A stretch of 64,000 nt of DNA from Thermodesulfobacteriota bacterium (GTDB lineage Bacteria > Desulfobacterota > Desulfobacteria > Desulfobacterales > SURF-7), in NCBI GenBank assembly GCA_049320885.1, contig JBMORA010000063.1:128001-192000 (forward strand). Direction: 5' to 3'. The translations under genes and the position numbers were made by a program. This document shows, in pieces, positions 37,701 through 47,076 of the stretch; position 1 is the first letter of the stretch; each line of letters opens with the position of its first letter. The notes beneath the pieces were generated by a model. The model had not been told where the DNA came from, searched no databases, and worked only from the letters and a program-made list of their open reading frames with translations.

Positions 37701-40406
37701 ATGAACTGGCATTTAATGGAAACCGCCGCCGCATTGGCTGAACTTCAGTCCAGTGACCAAAACGGCTTGGACGCAACGGAAGCCCGGGACCGGCAAGGCC
37801 GATCCGGTTATAATGAGCTGATCGAAAAAGGCGCCCGTTCGCCGTGGCGCATTTTCTGGGAACAGATCACCGCCACCATGGTCCTGATCCTGCTGGCCGC
37901 AGCCGTTGCCGCAGGCTTCCTGGGAGACACCAAAAACGCCGTGGCCATCACCGCCATTGTCGTCCTCTTCACCATTCTGGGTTTTTTTCAGGAATACCGC
38001 GCCGAGAAAGCCATCGCTTCCCTCAAGCGCATGTCCACACCGAATGTGCGGGTCATCCGGGACGGCATCCTCATGGAAATTCCCGCAAGAGAGCTTGTGC
38101 CGGGCGACATCATCGCCCTGGAAGCCGGCAACGTGGTTCCAGCGGATGTCCGCTTGACCGAAGCGGTGAACCTGCGCATCCAGGAAGCGGCGCTGACGGG
38201 CGAATCCGAACCCATTGAGAAGCAGACCGCAGCCCTTGCCGGCGATGATCTGCCGTTGGGGGATCGCCGCAACATGGCCTACATGGGAACGATTGTCACC
38301 CAAGGCCGCGGACGTGCGCTGGTGGTGGCCACGGGCATGCAGACGGAACTCGGGAAAATCGCCAACCTGATTCAGCGCTCCGCCACCGAGCAGACGCCGC
38401 TGCAGCGCCGCCTCGATCAATTGGGAAACCAGCTGGCCGTCATCGGCGGCGTCATCGCCCTGCTCATTTTTGGGCTAGGGATTTGGCGCGGCGACGACGT
38501 CCGTCACATGCTGCTGACGGCCATTTCGGTGGCGGTCGCCATCATTCCGGAAGGCCTGCCGGCCGTCGTCACCATCACCCTGGCCCTCGGCGCTCAGCGC
38601 ATGTTGCGCCACCATGCCTTGATTCGCAAGCTGCCGGCCGTGGAAACCCTCGGTTCGGTTACCGTCATCTGTTCCGACAAAACCGGCACGCTGACGGAGA
38701 ACAGAATGACCGTCGTGGTGCTGGATGTCGCCGGGCACGAGATCGATTTGACCGAGGACATGAAAAAAGACTCGGTTCGGCTCATGCAGAACACCGGGAT
38801 TCCTTCGCCATCGCCGCTTTCCCTGCTGGCCGTCGGCGGCGTGCTGTGCAACGACGCCCGGCTGGTGATGGACGGGGACGACAAATATCACACCATCGGC
38901 GATCCCACGGAAGGCGCCCTGATCGCTGCGGCCGCCCGGCTGGGATACTGGAAATCCTCCCTGGATGCCGATTTTCCCCGCGTGGCGGAATTGCCCTTCG
39001 ACTCGGATCGCAAACGCATGACCACGGTTCATCGTCTGCAGGCCGAACGTCTTCACGCCCTCACCGGCTGGAATCCGGATCATGGGGAAGGCATCGCCTT
39101 CGTCAAGGGCAGCGTGGACGGCCTGCTGGGAATTTCCAGCCGCATCGAGGCGCAGGGTACGCCGCAGCCCATGGACGATGGCTGGCGGACGCACATTCAA
39201 ACCGCCAACGAGCGTCTCGCCCGCAAAGGCATGCGGGTTCTCGGCCTTGCCTATCGCCTGGTGGATCCCGTCGCGGATGTCCGGCAGGACGACCTGGAGC
39301 GCGATCTCGTTTTCGTGGGCCTCTTCGGCATGATCGATCCGCCGCGGCCGGAAGTGCGCGAAGCCGTGCGCGTCACCCGGACAGCCGGGATCCGGACGGT
39401 CATGATCACCGGCGACCACCCGCTGACCGCCCTGGAGATCGCCCGGCAACTGGGGATTTCCGAAAACGGCCGCGCACTGACGGGCAAGGACATCGACAGT
39501 CTACCGTTTGACAACCTGAAAAGCGTGCTGGAGGATGTCTGCGTCTTCGCGCGTGTCTCGCCGGAGCATAAACTGACGATTGTCCAGGCGCTGCAGGAAA
39601 AAGGTCACATCGTATCCATGACCGGTGACGGCGTCAACGACGCACCGGCCCTGCGGAAAGCCGACATCGGGGTGGCCATGGGGATAACCGGCACGGATGT
39701 GTCCAAGGAAGCCGCCGACATGGTCCTCATGGACGACAATTTCGCGACCATCGTCGCCGCCGTGAAGGAGGGACGCACCATTTATGACAATATCCGCAAG
39801 TTCGTCCGCTTTTCAGTGGCCGGAAACATCGGCAAGGTGTTGGTCATGCTGCTGGCGCCGTTTCTAGGCAAGCCCGTTCCGCTGCTTCCGCTGCAGCTCT
39901 TATGGCTGAACCTTATGACCGACGGACTGCTGGGTCTGGGTCTGGGGGTGGAGCCGGCGGAAAAAGACACCATGAACAGACCGCCGTACTCGCCGCAGGA
40001 GGGGGTTTTCAATCGCGGCGCCGGCATGCAGACTGCACTGAACGGCCTGATGATCGGCGGCATGGCGCTGGCGGTGGGCGCCTGGTATTATTTCCGCGGA
40101 CACGCCAATTGGCAGACCATGGTTTTCACCTCGCTGACGTTTGTCCAGATCGCGCAGGCCCTCGCTTCCCGTTCCAGCGGTGAGTCCCTGTTCCGGATCG
40201 GTATCCGCTCCAATCCATTGATGCTGGGGATGATCCTGGCCGTGGTCGTCCTGCAGCTGCTGGTGATCTATGTGCCGCCGTTGCAGACGATTTTCAACAC
40301 CGTGCCCCTGGCCCCCATGGATCTGGGAATCACCGCGGGCATCGGCGTGCTATTTCTGGTCATGACCGAGGTCCAGAAGGTCCGCCGCAAATCGTCGAAG
40401 CCGTGA
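37701..40406 (+). CDS. Cation-translocating P-type ATPase (type IIA, Ca2+-ATPase-like)
   Basis: TGES, IPEGL, DKTGT, KGS, TGD, GDGVND, QLLWLNLMTDG. Confidence 0.95.
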   Translation: MNWHLMETAAALAELQSSDQNGLDATEARDRQGRSGYNELIEKGARSPWRIFWEQITATMVLILLAAAVAAGFLGDTKNAVAITAIVVLFTILGFFQEYRAEKAIASLKRMSTPNVRVIRDGILMEIPARELVPGDIIALEAGNVVPADVRLTEAVNLRIQEAALTGESEPIEKQTAALAGDDLPLGDRRNMAYMGTIVTQGRGRALVVATGMQTELGKIANLIQRSATEQTPLQRRLDQLGNQLAVIGGVIALLIFGLGIWRGDDVRHMLLTAISVAVAIIPEGLPAVVTITLALGAQRMLRHHALIRKLPAVETLGSVTVICSDKTGTLTENRMTVVVLDVAGHEIDLTEDMKKDSVRLMQNTGIPSPSPLSLLAVGGVLCNDARLVMDGDDKYHTIGDPTEGALIAAAARLGYWKSSLDADFPRVAELPFDSDRKRMTTVHRLQAERLHALTGWNPDHGEGIAFVKGSVDGLLGISSRIEAQGTPQPMDDGWRTHIQTANERLARKGMRVLGLAYRLVDPVADVRQDDLERDLVFVGLFGMIDPPRPEVREAVRVTRTAGIRTVMITGDHPLTALEIARQLGISENGRALTGKDIDSLPFDNLKSVLEDVCVFARVSPEHKLTIVQALQEKGHIVSMTGDGVNDAPALRKADIGVAMGITGTDVSKEAADMVLMDDNFATIVAAVKEGRTIYDNIRKFVRFSVAGNIGKVLVMLLAPFLGKPVPLLPLQLLWLNLMTDGLLGLGLGVEPAEKDTMNRPPYSPQEGVFNRGAGMQTALNGLMIGGMALAVGAWYYFRGHANWQTMVFTSLTFVQIAQALASRSSGESLFRIGIRSNPLMLGMILAVVVLQLLVIYVPPLQTIFNTVPLAPMDLGITAGIGVLFLVMTEVQKVRRKSSKP

Positions 40407-40454
40407 TAAATCCGGCTTGAGAATACAATATTGGGCCAATAGGTGGTTATCATT

Positions 40455-40657
40455 CCACTCTCTTTCAAGCACGGATAGCATCCCGGCCGACAGTAAAAAA
40501 AACCTATCCATATCAGTTTGTTGACGTATTTTATTTCTTGACATGCCCGGTTGGTTCGCCTAAGCTCGCTCCGTAACCCAAAGGGCCACCACGAAGAATT
40601 TGAAATCCAGGATACCGGAAACGGAAGCCGGAAGGCATTCCGAATTCCGGCTTCGGA
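40455..40657 (+). repeat. ~200-bp direct repeat, copy 2 (contains a sigma70 promoter)
   Basis: Near-identical to 37327-37529; TTGACA 40538-40543, TAAGCT 40561-40566. Confidence 0.9.
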
Positions 40658-40704
40658 ATGCCTTCCACTGGAAGCAGTGACCCAAAAACCCAAGGTATCG
40701 CCGT

Positions 40705-42318
40705 TTGACTCCGGAAAGCGCCAAAGAAAAAACCTACACCCGCCAAGCCGCAGTGCTCACCCTCACGTCCATGGCCTCCACCGGCATCCTTCTGCTGTTT
40801 TACGCCGTAGGCCCCCAATCCGGCATGGAAGCGCTTGTGCTGATCGTCCCTTGGTTCCTATCCCTGATCGTTCATCTGGTGCTGACGGTACCGGCCCTGA
40901 TCTTCGCCTGGAAAAGCCGGGCACACCTGAGACTATCCTGGATCTATACCTATTTCCTCCTTTTCTGGGGTCTGACAGGCTGGTATCTTGTGCTTGCGAA
41001 CAACATCGACATCCTCATCGCCAGGCAGTTCGATACCTGGCAGCATCCCGGGGAAGCGGATTTGTTCAACGACCTGGAACAGCTGCGAATGGCGGCGCTC
41101 CAGCGGCATCCCCTGGATCCGGCCGTGCTGGACCGGACAAAAAAACTTATCCGGAACGGGGCCGATGTCAACCACCGGCAGCCGGGCAGCCGTCGCTCCC
41201 TGCTGGCGGAGGCAGCGGCCATCGGTGATTCGGACCTGGTGGCGGCAATGATTGCCGCGGGAGCCGAAATCCAGGGGAATGAAGCCGAGGGGGCTGACCC
41301 GCTCATGGAGGCGGTTCGTAATCGGCATGCAACGGTAACCCGGATGTTGCTAAAATACGGTGCAAACCCCGAACATGCCCGTTATGCCGCGGAAACGCCC
41401 CTGATAACCGCCGTCCGGAATCAAGACCCGGAAACCGTTGGCTACCTCCTGGAAGGCGGCGCCCTGCCGGACCACCACCCGGAGAGCGGTCTTCCGGCCT
41501 TGCAGATCGCGGCCGTCAACGGGGATGCCGTCACCGTCCGCTTGCTGGTGGATGCCGGCGCCGACCCGCACCGGAGCCTTTTCGGGAGTTCCACGGCCAT
41601 GATCCGGGCCGTGGAAGCGGACTGCAGCGCCTGTGTCCGCATCCTTCTGGATGCCGGGGCCGGATTCTCGGGTAAAACCGGTGACGGCGACGGCCCCCTG
41701 GCCCTGGCTTTCAAACGCCACCGGCCGGATATGACAGCGGTCATTCTGAATGCCGGGCAGGACCGGCTTCATGCCCCGACCCGCTTCGGAACCGATGCGT
41801 ACAACGACATGTTCGCCGCCATCCGCAAGACGGACCGGGAGGCCCTGGAATTCTATCTGCAGGCCGGAGTTCCCCCGGATCTCCTGGATGCCAACCGCCA
41901 GACACTGCTCCTGGATCTGGCCGGACGACAATACCAGCGGCCGGAGATATCCCCGGAATCGGAGGTGGCGGCCGCGGAAATCCTGTTCCGCCATAAGGCC
42001 GACCTGAACATCCGGGACCCCCGGGGAAAAACCGCGCTCATCAAGTCCCTGGAATCCGGCGCCCTGGAACTGGCCCGATGGCTGATTGAAAACGGCGCGG
42101 ATGTGAATGCAGCCGCGGAGGAAGGGGTGACGGCCCTGCATACGGCTGTCTGGCACGGACATGAGCGCCTGGCTCTGACGCTCATGGACGCCGGTGCGGA
42201 TGTCAATGCCCGGACCCGCATGGGGATGAACAGCGAAACGCCGCTGGAAGCCGCCATGAAAAAAGGAACCCCCGGTCTGGTCGCCCGTATGCGCAAAGTC
42301 GGGTCTGCTGGCATTTAA
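40705..42318 (+). CDS. Membrane-anchored ankyrin repeat protein
   Basis: About 3 N-terminal TM segments, repeated TPL..A / LL..GADVN motifs; TTG start uncertain. Confidence 0.85.
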   Translation: MTPESAKEKTYTRQAAVLTLTSMASTGILLLFYAVGPQSGMEALVLIVPWFLSLIVHLVLTVPALIFAWKSRAHLRLSWIYTYFLLFWGLTGWYLVLANNIDILIARQFDTWQHPGEADLFNDLEQLRMAALQRHPLDPAVLDRTKKLIRNGADVNHRQPGSRRSLLAEAAAIGDSDLVAAMIAAGAEIQGNEAEGADPLMEAVRNRHATVTRMLLKYGANPEHARYAAETPLITAVRNQDPETVGYLLEGGALPDHHPESGLPALQIAAVNGDAVTVRLLVDAGADPHRSLFGSSTAMIRAVEADCSACVRILLDAGAGFSGKTGDGDGPLALAFKRHRPDMTAVILNAGQDRLHAPTRFGTDAYNDMFAAIRKTDREALEFYLQAGVPPDLLDANRQTLLLDLAGRQYQRPEISPESEVAAAEILFRHKADLNIRDPRGKTALIKSLESGALELARWLIENGADVNAAAEEGVTALHTAVWHGHERLALTLMDAGADVNARTRMGMNSETPLEAAMKKGTPGLVARMRKVGSAGI

Positions 42319-42400
42319 AAAGGAAGCAGTTGTGAGGATCAAGAAACCATTGAGATCCGCGAATCCCGGAAATGATCTTTTCAGAGCAGCCGAAAGATAT

Positions 42401-43813
42401 ATGCGGCATCCTCAACATGCAACCACGGGCCCGTCATCAGCAGGCAGTTGGCTGCAGCATCTTCGGAAAAATCCGACCCGCTTGCTCGTAGGCTGTTTTG
42501 CCGCGGCCATTCTGGCGGGCGGAGTACTACTCAGCCTGCCTTGTTCAGCGTCCGGAAAACGAATCAGCTTACTGGACGCGGTCTTCACGGCCACAAGCGC
42601 AGTATGCGTAACCGGCCTCACGGTTTGCGATACAGGGAAAGAGTATTCGACCTTCGGACATGCCGTGATCTTGCTGCTGATCCAGTTGGGCGGGTTGGGG
42701 ATCACCACGCTGTCGACAGCCCTGTTCATGCTCTTCGGCCAGCAGGCCTCCCTGTCTACGAACGATGCCGTGGAGGGCAGCTTTCTCGCGCGTCCCAAGG
42801 GCAGACTGAAACCCTTGTTGATCCAGGTATTCCTTTGGACCATCACAATCGAGACCATCGGCGCGGCGGCGCTGCTGCCGGCGGAACTCGGCCGCCTGCC
42901 GGTGTTGCAGGCCGTCTGGAACGCGATGTTTCATGCCGTAAGCGCCTTCTGCAACGCCGGTTTCTCGCTCCGGTCTGACAATCTGATGAGCGCGCGTTCC
43001 AGTGCCGCCACTATCCTACCCATCGCCGGTTTGATCATCCTCGGGGGATTGGGATTCGGCGTATTGACGGAGATAACCGGAAATCTTTGGAACCGGGTCC
43101 GCGGACGGCAAGCGATACGGCTCTCCCTGCAAGCCAAAACAGTCCTGACGACCACCGGTCTTCTGTTGCTGGCCGGAACCCTCGGTTTCTGGATTCTGGA
43201 AAATGGCAATCTGCTTCACGGCAACAATCTGTCGAGTCGGTTTCTGACCAGTTTTTTTGCTTCGGTCACACCGCGAACCGCGGGCTTCAACTCCATCGAT
43301 TACGGTCAAGCCACAACCGCCACAATTTTCTTTACCATGCTGCTGATGGCCATTGGTGGCGCTCCGGGGTCAACGGCCGGAGGAATCAAGGTCACCACCC
43401 TGGCCGTGCTGTTCGCTTTAGCCCGCGGGCGGTTGCACGGCAGGCGCTTTGTGAATCTTTTCGGCCGCGGCATTCCTGAAATGGCTGTGGACAAAGCGTT
43501 TGCCGTCGTCGCCTTGTTGACAATCCTGGTGGCCGGAGGGACGCTGCTGTTAGCCGCCGTCGGATTCAGCCATATGCCCCACGTCCAGACACCTGGACAA
43601 CCGGTGGGTCTGCTGTTTGAAGTGATCTCGGCCCTATGCACCGTGGGTCTGAGTACGGGGATCACGCCGACCCTGGCGGCAGGGGGTAAAATCATCGTCA
43701 TTCTGCTGATGTTTGTCGGGCGCCTCGGACCGCTGACCATCGCGGTGGCCATCGCCAGACAGTCGCCGGCAGCCAGTGTGCGTTTGGCCGAGGAGCCGAT
43801 CATGATCGGTTGA
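42401..43813 (+). CDS. ktrB: Ktr/Trk potassium uptake membrane subunit
   Basis: SAVCVTGL, SAFCNAGF, PRTAGF, STAGGIK, TVGLS, GRLGPL pore-loop motifs. Confidence 0.9.
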   Translation: MRHPQHATTGPSSAGSWLQHLRKNPTRLLVGCFAAAILAGGVLLSLPCSASGKRISLLDAVFTATSAVCVTGLTVCDTGKEYSTFGHAVILLLIQLGGLGITTLSTALFMLFGQQASLSTNDAVEGSFLARPKGRLKPLLIQVFLWTITIETIGAAALLPAELGRLPVLQAVWNAMFHAVSAFCNAGFSLRSDNLMSARSSAATILPIAGLIILGGLGFGVLTEITGNLWNRVRGRQAIRLSLQAKTVLTTTGLLLLAGTLGFWILENGNLLHGNNLSSRFLTSFFASVTPRTAGFNSIDYGQATTATIFFTMLLMAIGGAPGSTAGGIKVTTLAVLFALARGRLHGRRFVNLFGRGIPEMAVDKAFAVVALLTILVAGGTLLLAAVGFSHMPHVQTPGQPVGLLFEVISALCTVGLSTGITPTLAAGGKIIVILLMFVGRLGPLTIAVAIARQSPAASVRLAEEPIMIG

Positions 43814-43857
43814 TGAATTCCGGCAACCCGATTTTCATAACATGGAGGAAAACTCGA

Positions 43858-44526
43858 ATGAAAGGAAAAACCCGTGTCGCCGTGCTTGGCCTGGGAGATT
43901 TCGGCTATCACTTCGCCTGCGAACTCTACAAGTTAGGCCACGAAGTGCTGGCCGTGGACAGCAATGAGGACAAGGTGCAGCAAATTCTGGTCAACGCCAC
44001 CAAAGCGGCTGTGGCCGACGTCGGTGACCGCTCGGCGCTGGAAGAGCTGGGCATCGCCGGCTTCGATATCGTGGCCGTTTGCCTCCCCGAGAAGCTGGAA
44101 ACAACCGTGTTGTTGGTGCATTACCTCCACCAAGTGTATAACGCGCCCCAGATTCTGGTCAAGGTGGCCAACCAGGAACAGGCCGCGATTGTCAAACTGG
44201 TGGGAGCCGACGAGGTCATTCTGCCGGATCAGAGCGCGGCCCGGAAAGCAGCCATGATGATTCATCATCCCCGGGCCGTGGACTATCTGGAACTGGGCGG
44301 GGGGTACATGGTCGTCGCCGGCCACCCCCCTTCCAGCGCAATCGGGAAGGCGGCAAAAACCTGGTCCTCGCTGGAACACCTCGGCGTCAGCCTGCTGGGG
44401 GTTTGGCAATCCAACCCAGATGGCCCACCCCGGCCGCCGGCGCCCGACCAAGTCATCGCCGAAACCGATATTCTGCTCATAGCCGGGCATCTCGACCGCC
44501 TTCGCGAACTGAGGAGGTTGAAATAA
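43858..44526 (+). CDS. ktrA: Ktr/Trk potassium uptake RCK regulatory subunit
   Basis: VLGLGDFG Rossmann motif, VLAVD, GADEVILP; GGAGG RBS. Confidence 0.85.
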   Translation: MKGKTRVAVLGLGDFGYHFACELYKLGHEVLAVDSNEDKVQQILVNATKAAVADVGDRSALEELGIAGFDIVAVCLPEKLETTVLLVHYLHQVYNAPQILVKVANQEQAAIVKLVGADEVILPDQSAARKAAMMIHHPRAVDYLELGGGYMVVAGHPPSSAIGKAAKTWSSLEHLGVSLLGVWQSNPDGPPRPPAPDQVIAETDILLIAGHLDRLRELRRLK

Positions 44527-44572
44527 GAGTTCCCGCAACATAGTACTTGCTTCAACGAGCGATTGCGGGAAA

Positions 44573-45364
44573 TCATCGGAACTTTGAAAAATCCGGCCTG
44601 CGCTTCTCCATGAAGGCGTTTCTGCCTTCCAAAGATTCTTCCGTATTGTAAAACATGCTCAGTCCACCGACGCCAAGATTGGTAATACCCACCACTCCGT
44701 CAGTTTCGGCATGAAAGGCATATTTCAACATCTTCAGGGCCGTGGGGCTCTTTTCCAGAAGCTCGGCGCACCACCTGCCCACTTCCTCGTCCAGCTTTTC
44801 ATGGGGCACCACCGCGTTCACCAGCCCCATGGCAAGGGCCTCGGCCGCCGTATAACGCCGGCATAGAAACCAGATCTCCTTGGCCTTTTTCAGGCCCACG
44901 GCCCGCACCAGGTCACCGGTGCCGAACCCCGGATCAAAACTGCCCACTCTTGGTCCGGCCTGGCCGAACTGGGCCTTTTCCGAAGCGATGGAAAAATCGC
45001 AGACCACATGGAACACATGCCCGCCGCCGATGGCGAACCCGTTCACCCGGGCGATGACCGGCTTGGGAATGGAGCGGATCAAGCCGGTTACCTGCTGCCA
45101 GCCGACTTCCAGCGGCAGGGAAGCCACCGTGCCGGAATACCCGCCGGCCTCCCGGATGGACTGATCCCCGCCCGTGCAGAACGCCTTGTCACCGGCGCCG
45201 GTGAGCACCACCACTCCCACGGCCTTGTCCACCCAGGCATCCGTAAAGGCCCGGTTGAGTTCGTAGATGGTGGTCGTGGTGCAGGCGTTGTACTTCTCCG
45301 GCCGGTTGATGGTGATCCGGGCCACGCCTTCTTTTTTCTCAAACAGGATTTCCCTATAGTCCAT
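44573..45364 (-). CDS. Crotonase family MenB/BadI-like enzyme (DHNA-CoA synthase or 2-ketocyclohexanecarboxyl-CoA hydrolase)
   Basis: FCTGGDQ, AIGGGHV, GSFDPGFG, FYNTEE..EGRNAF.EKR.PDF. Confidence 0.8.
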   Translation of the reverse strand: MDYREILFEKKEGVARITINRPEKYNACTTTTIYELNRAFTDAWVDKAVGVVVLTGAGDKAFCTGGDQSIREAGGYSGTVASLPLEVGWQQVTGLIRSIPKPVIARVNGFAIGGGHVFHVVCDFSIASEKAQFGQAGPRVGSFDPGFGTGDLVRAVGLKKAKEIWFLCRRYTAAEALAMGLVNAVVPHEKLDEEVGRWCAELLEKSPTALKMLKYAFHAETDGVVGITNLGVGGLSMFYNTEESLEGRNAFMEKRRPDFSKFR

Positions 45365-45394
45365 TATAACTCCCTCCGCTTCCATCAAAACCCA

Positions 45395-46417
45395 TCAGCC
45401 GTTTTTCGAACGATAACCCGTTCTCTTTTCGTACTTGATGAGTTCCTTGAGATAGGCCCGGCGGGTGTCCGGGTCCGCGCCGGAAAGCTCCAGGCCGGTG
45501 GGGATGCTCTTTTTGCGGCCGGAACGGTCGTAATTCAGAACCGTAAAAAGGCCCTTGTTGGTCATATGGGATTTTCCCGCATCGAAGAAGTCCTCACCCT
45601 TGACGGTGATTTCCACCACCAGGGTGGTGTTGGCCACGAAAATAACCCGGGCGCGCATCTCCACGATATCATCCAGCAGCAGGGGCTTCAGGAACAGCAC
45701 GTCCTCCATGGCGATGGTGACCATGCGGAAATTTCCCGTGAACTGCCGGGCCGCCGCCAGAGCCAGCTCCTCCATCATTTCCACCGTGTCGCCGCCGAAA
45801 ACATTGCCCAGGGCGTTGGCGTTCCGCGGCAGGAATTTCTTGCGGATGACCAGTTCCGTTTCTAGCGGCGAAACCCGGGTGTTTCTCTCAAAGACATCCG
45901 CCGGCCGTTCCAGTGCCTGGGTATCCATGCCGTCGACGGCGGCGATCATCCTGCGACGATTCTCCAGCAGTCGCTGCCGGGATTCGGCCAGGGCCTTGCG
46001 CTCGAGATCCGCGGGGGTGACGTATTCCAGGCCAGGGATATTCCGGTTGGGCCGGCGTTGCTGATCCACAGCCACCATGGTGATCACGCCGCCGTGACCG
46101 GACCGGCCGTTCATTTCATCCGGCGCCTTGGAATAACCGTCCACCTTGACCACCATGGACGATCTGCCCACCTGGATGACATAGGCGTCATAGCGCACAT
46201 AATCCATGTGATAAATGAAATCCAGCAGCTCGATGCGGTCGAAGGCCAGGGTCACGATGGTGCTTTCCGCATGCCTGGCCGCGGCGCTGGCGGCCGCCAT
46301 GTCCATCATGTGCAGCAGTCTGCCGGCCGACATACGCTGGCCCATCAGGCTTTCCTCGCCGACGATCTCGGCGATGAAGCATTCCGACTCCGCCGGTGTC
46401 TTGATTCTTCTTTCCAT
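45395..46417 (-). CDS. Acyl-CoA thioesterase (double hotdog fold)
   Basis: AGRLLHMMD..A, GRSSM, NALGNVFGG. Confidence 0.8.
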   Translation of the reverse strand: MERRIKTPAESECFIAEIVGEESLMGQRMSAGRLLHMMDMAAASAAARHAESTIVTLAFDRIELLDFIYHMDYVRYDAYVIQVGRSSMVVKVDGYSKAPDEMNGRSGHGGVITMVAVDQQRRPNRNIPGLEYVTPADLERKALAESRQRLLENRRRMIAAVDGMDTQALERPADVFERNTRVSPLETELVIRKKFLPRNANALGNVFGGDTVEMMEELALAAARQFTGNFRMVTIAMEDVLFLKPLLLDDIVEMRARVIFVANTTLVVEITVKGEDFFDAGKSHMTNKGLFTVLNYDRSGRKKSIPTGLELSGADPDTRRAYLKELIKYEKRTGYRSKNG

Positions 46418-46480
46418 ACACAGCACTCATTTCCGTTTGCCGGTCAGCCTGTTGATCCGATATAATGATCCCCATCCACC

Positions 46481-46508
46481 ATTCGTAATTCGTAATTCGT
46501 AATTCCTA
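46481..46508. repeat. Heptamer tandem repeat (ATTCGTA) x4
   Basis: attcgta attcgta attcgta attccta. Confidence 0.8.
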
Positions 46509-46514
46509 ATTGTT

Positions 46515-47063
46515 TTATCTCTGGTACAGCCCCACCAGCTCGGCTTCGGCCAGGATATGGCCCTCCATGGCTTTTTCCAGCACCGCCTTGGTGGGACGCT
46601 TCAGGTCCGGCAGAACCGTATCCAGGGCATACAGCTTGTGAAAATACCGGTGTTTGCCGATGGGCGGACACGGCCCGCCGTATCCGGTCCGTTTCCAATC
46701 GTTGAGGCCCTCCAGCGTGCCCCGGGGCAGCGCCGCCGGACGGACGGCCTCCGGCAGCATCCGGGTATCCGCAGGTATATTGTAGAGGACCCAATGCACC
46801 CAGGTCATGCGCGGATGCGCCGGATCCGGTGCATCCGGATCATCCACGATCAGGACAAAACTCCTGACGCCGGCAGGCTCCTCCGACCAGGCCAACGCCG
46901 GAGAAATGTCCTTGCCGTCACAAGTGAATTGCCCGGGAATGTCGCCCTGGTGCCGGAAATTCGTCGATGTCAGTTTCATGGCCGGGATTCCCTCCTTTCC
47001 GTCGAGTGGTATGGCCAACAAAATCAACAGACCGGAAAATATAACCTTCCACCTTGGTTCCAT
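46515..47063 (-). CDS. YbhB/YbcL (PEBP / Raf kinase inhibitor-like) protein
   Basis: DDPDAP, WVHWVLYNIP, YGGPCPP..HRY; alternative start at 46979. Confidence 0.9.
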   Translation of the reverse strand: MEPRWKVIFSGLLILLAIPLDGKEGIPAMKLTSTNFRHQGDIPGQFTCDGKDISPALAWSEEPAGVRSFVLIVDDPDAPDPAHPRMTWVHWVLYNIPADTRMLPEAVRPAALPRGTLEGLNDWKRTGYGGPCPPIGKHRYFHKLYALDTVLPDLKRPTKAVLEKAMEGHILAEAELVGLYQR

Positions 47064-47076
47064 CCCTTCCTCCCCG

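Noticed and set aside
37327..40657. The 200-bp repeats as IS ends, CRISPR or tRNA
   Set aside because: Only two direct copies, no transposase, no spacer array, no cloverleaf; they contain a promoter
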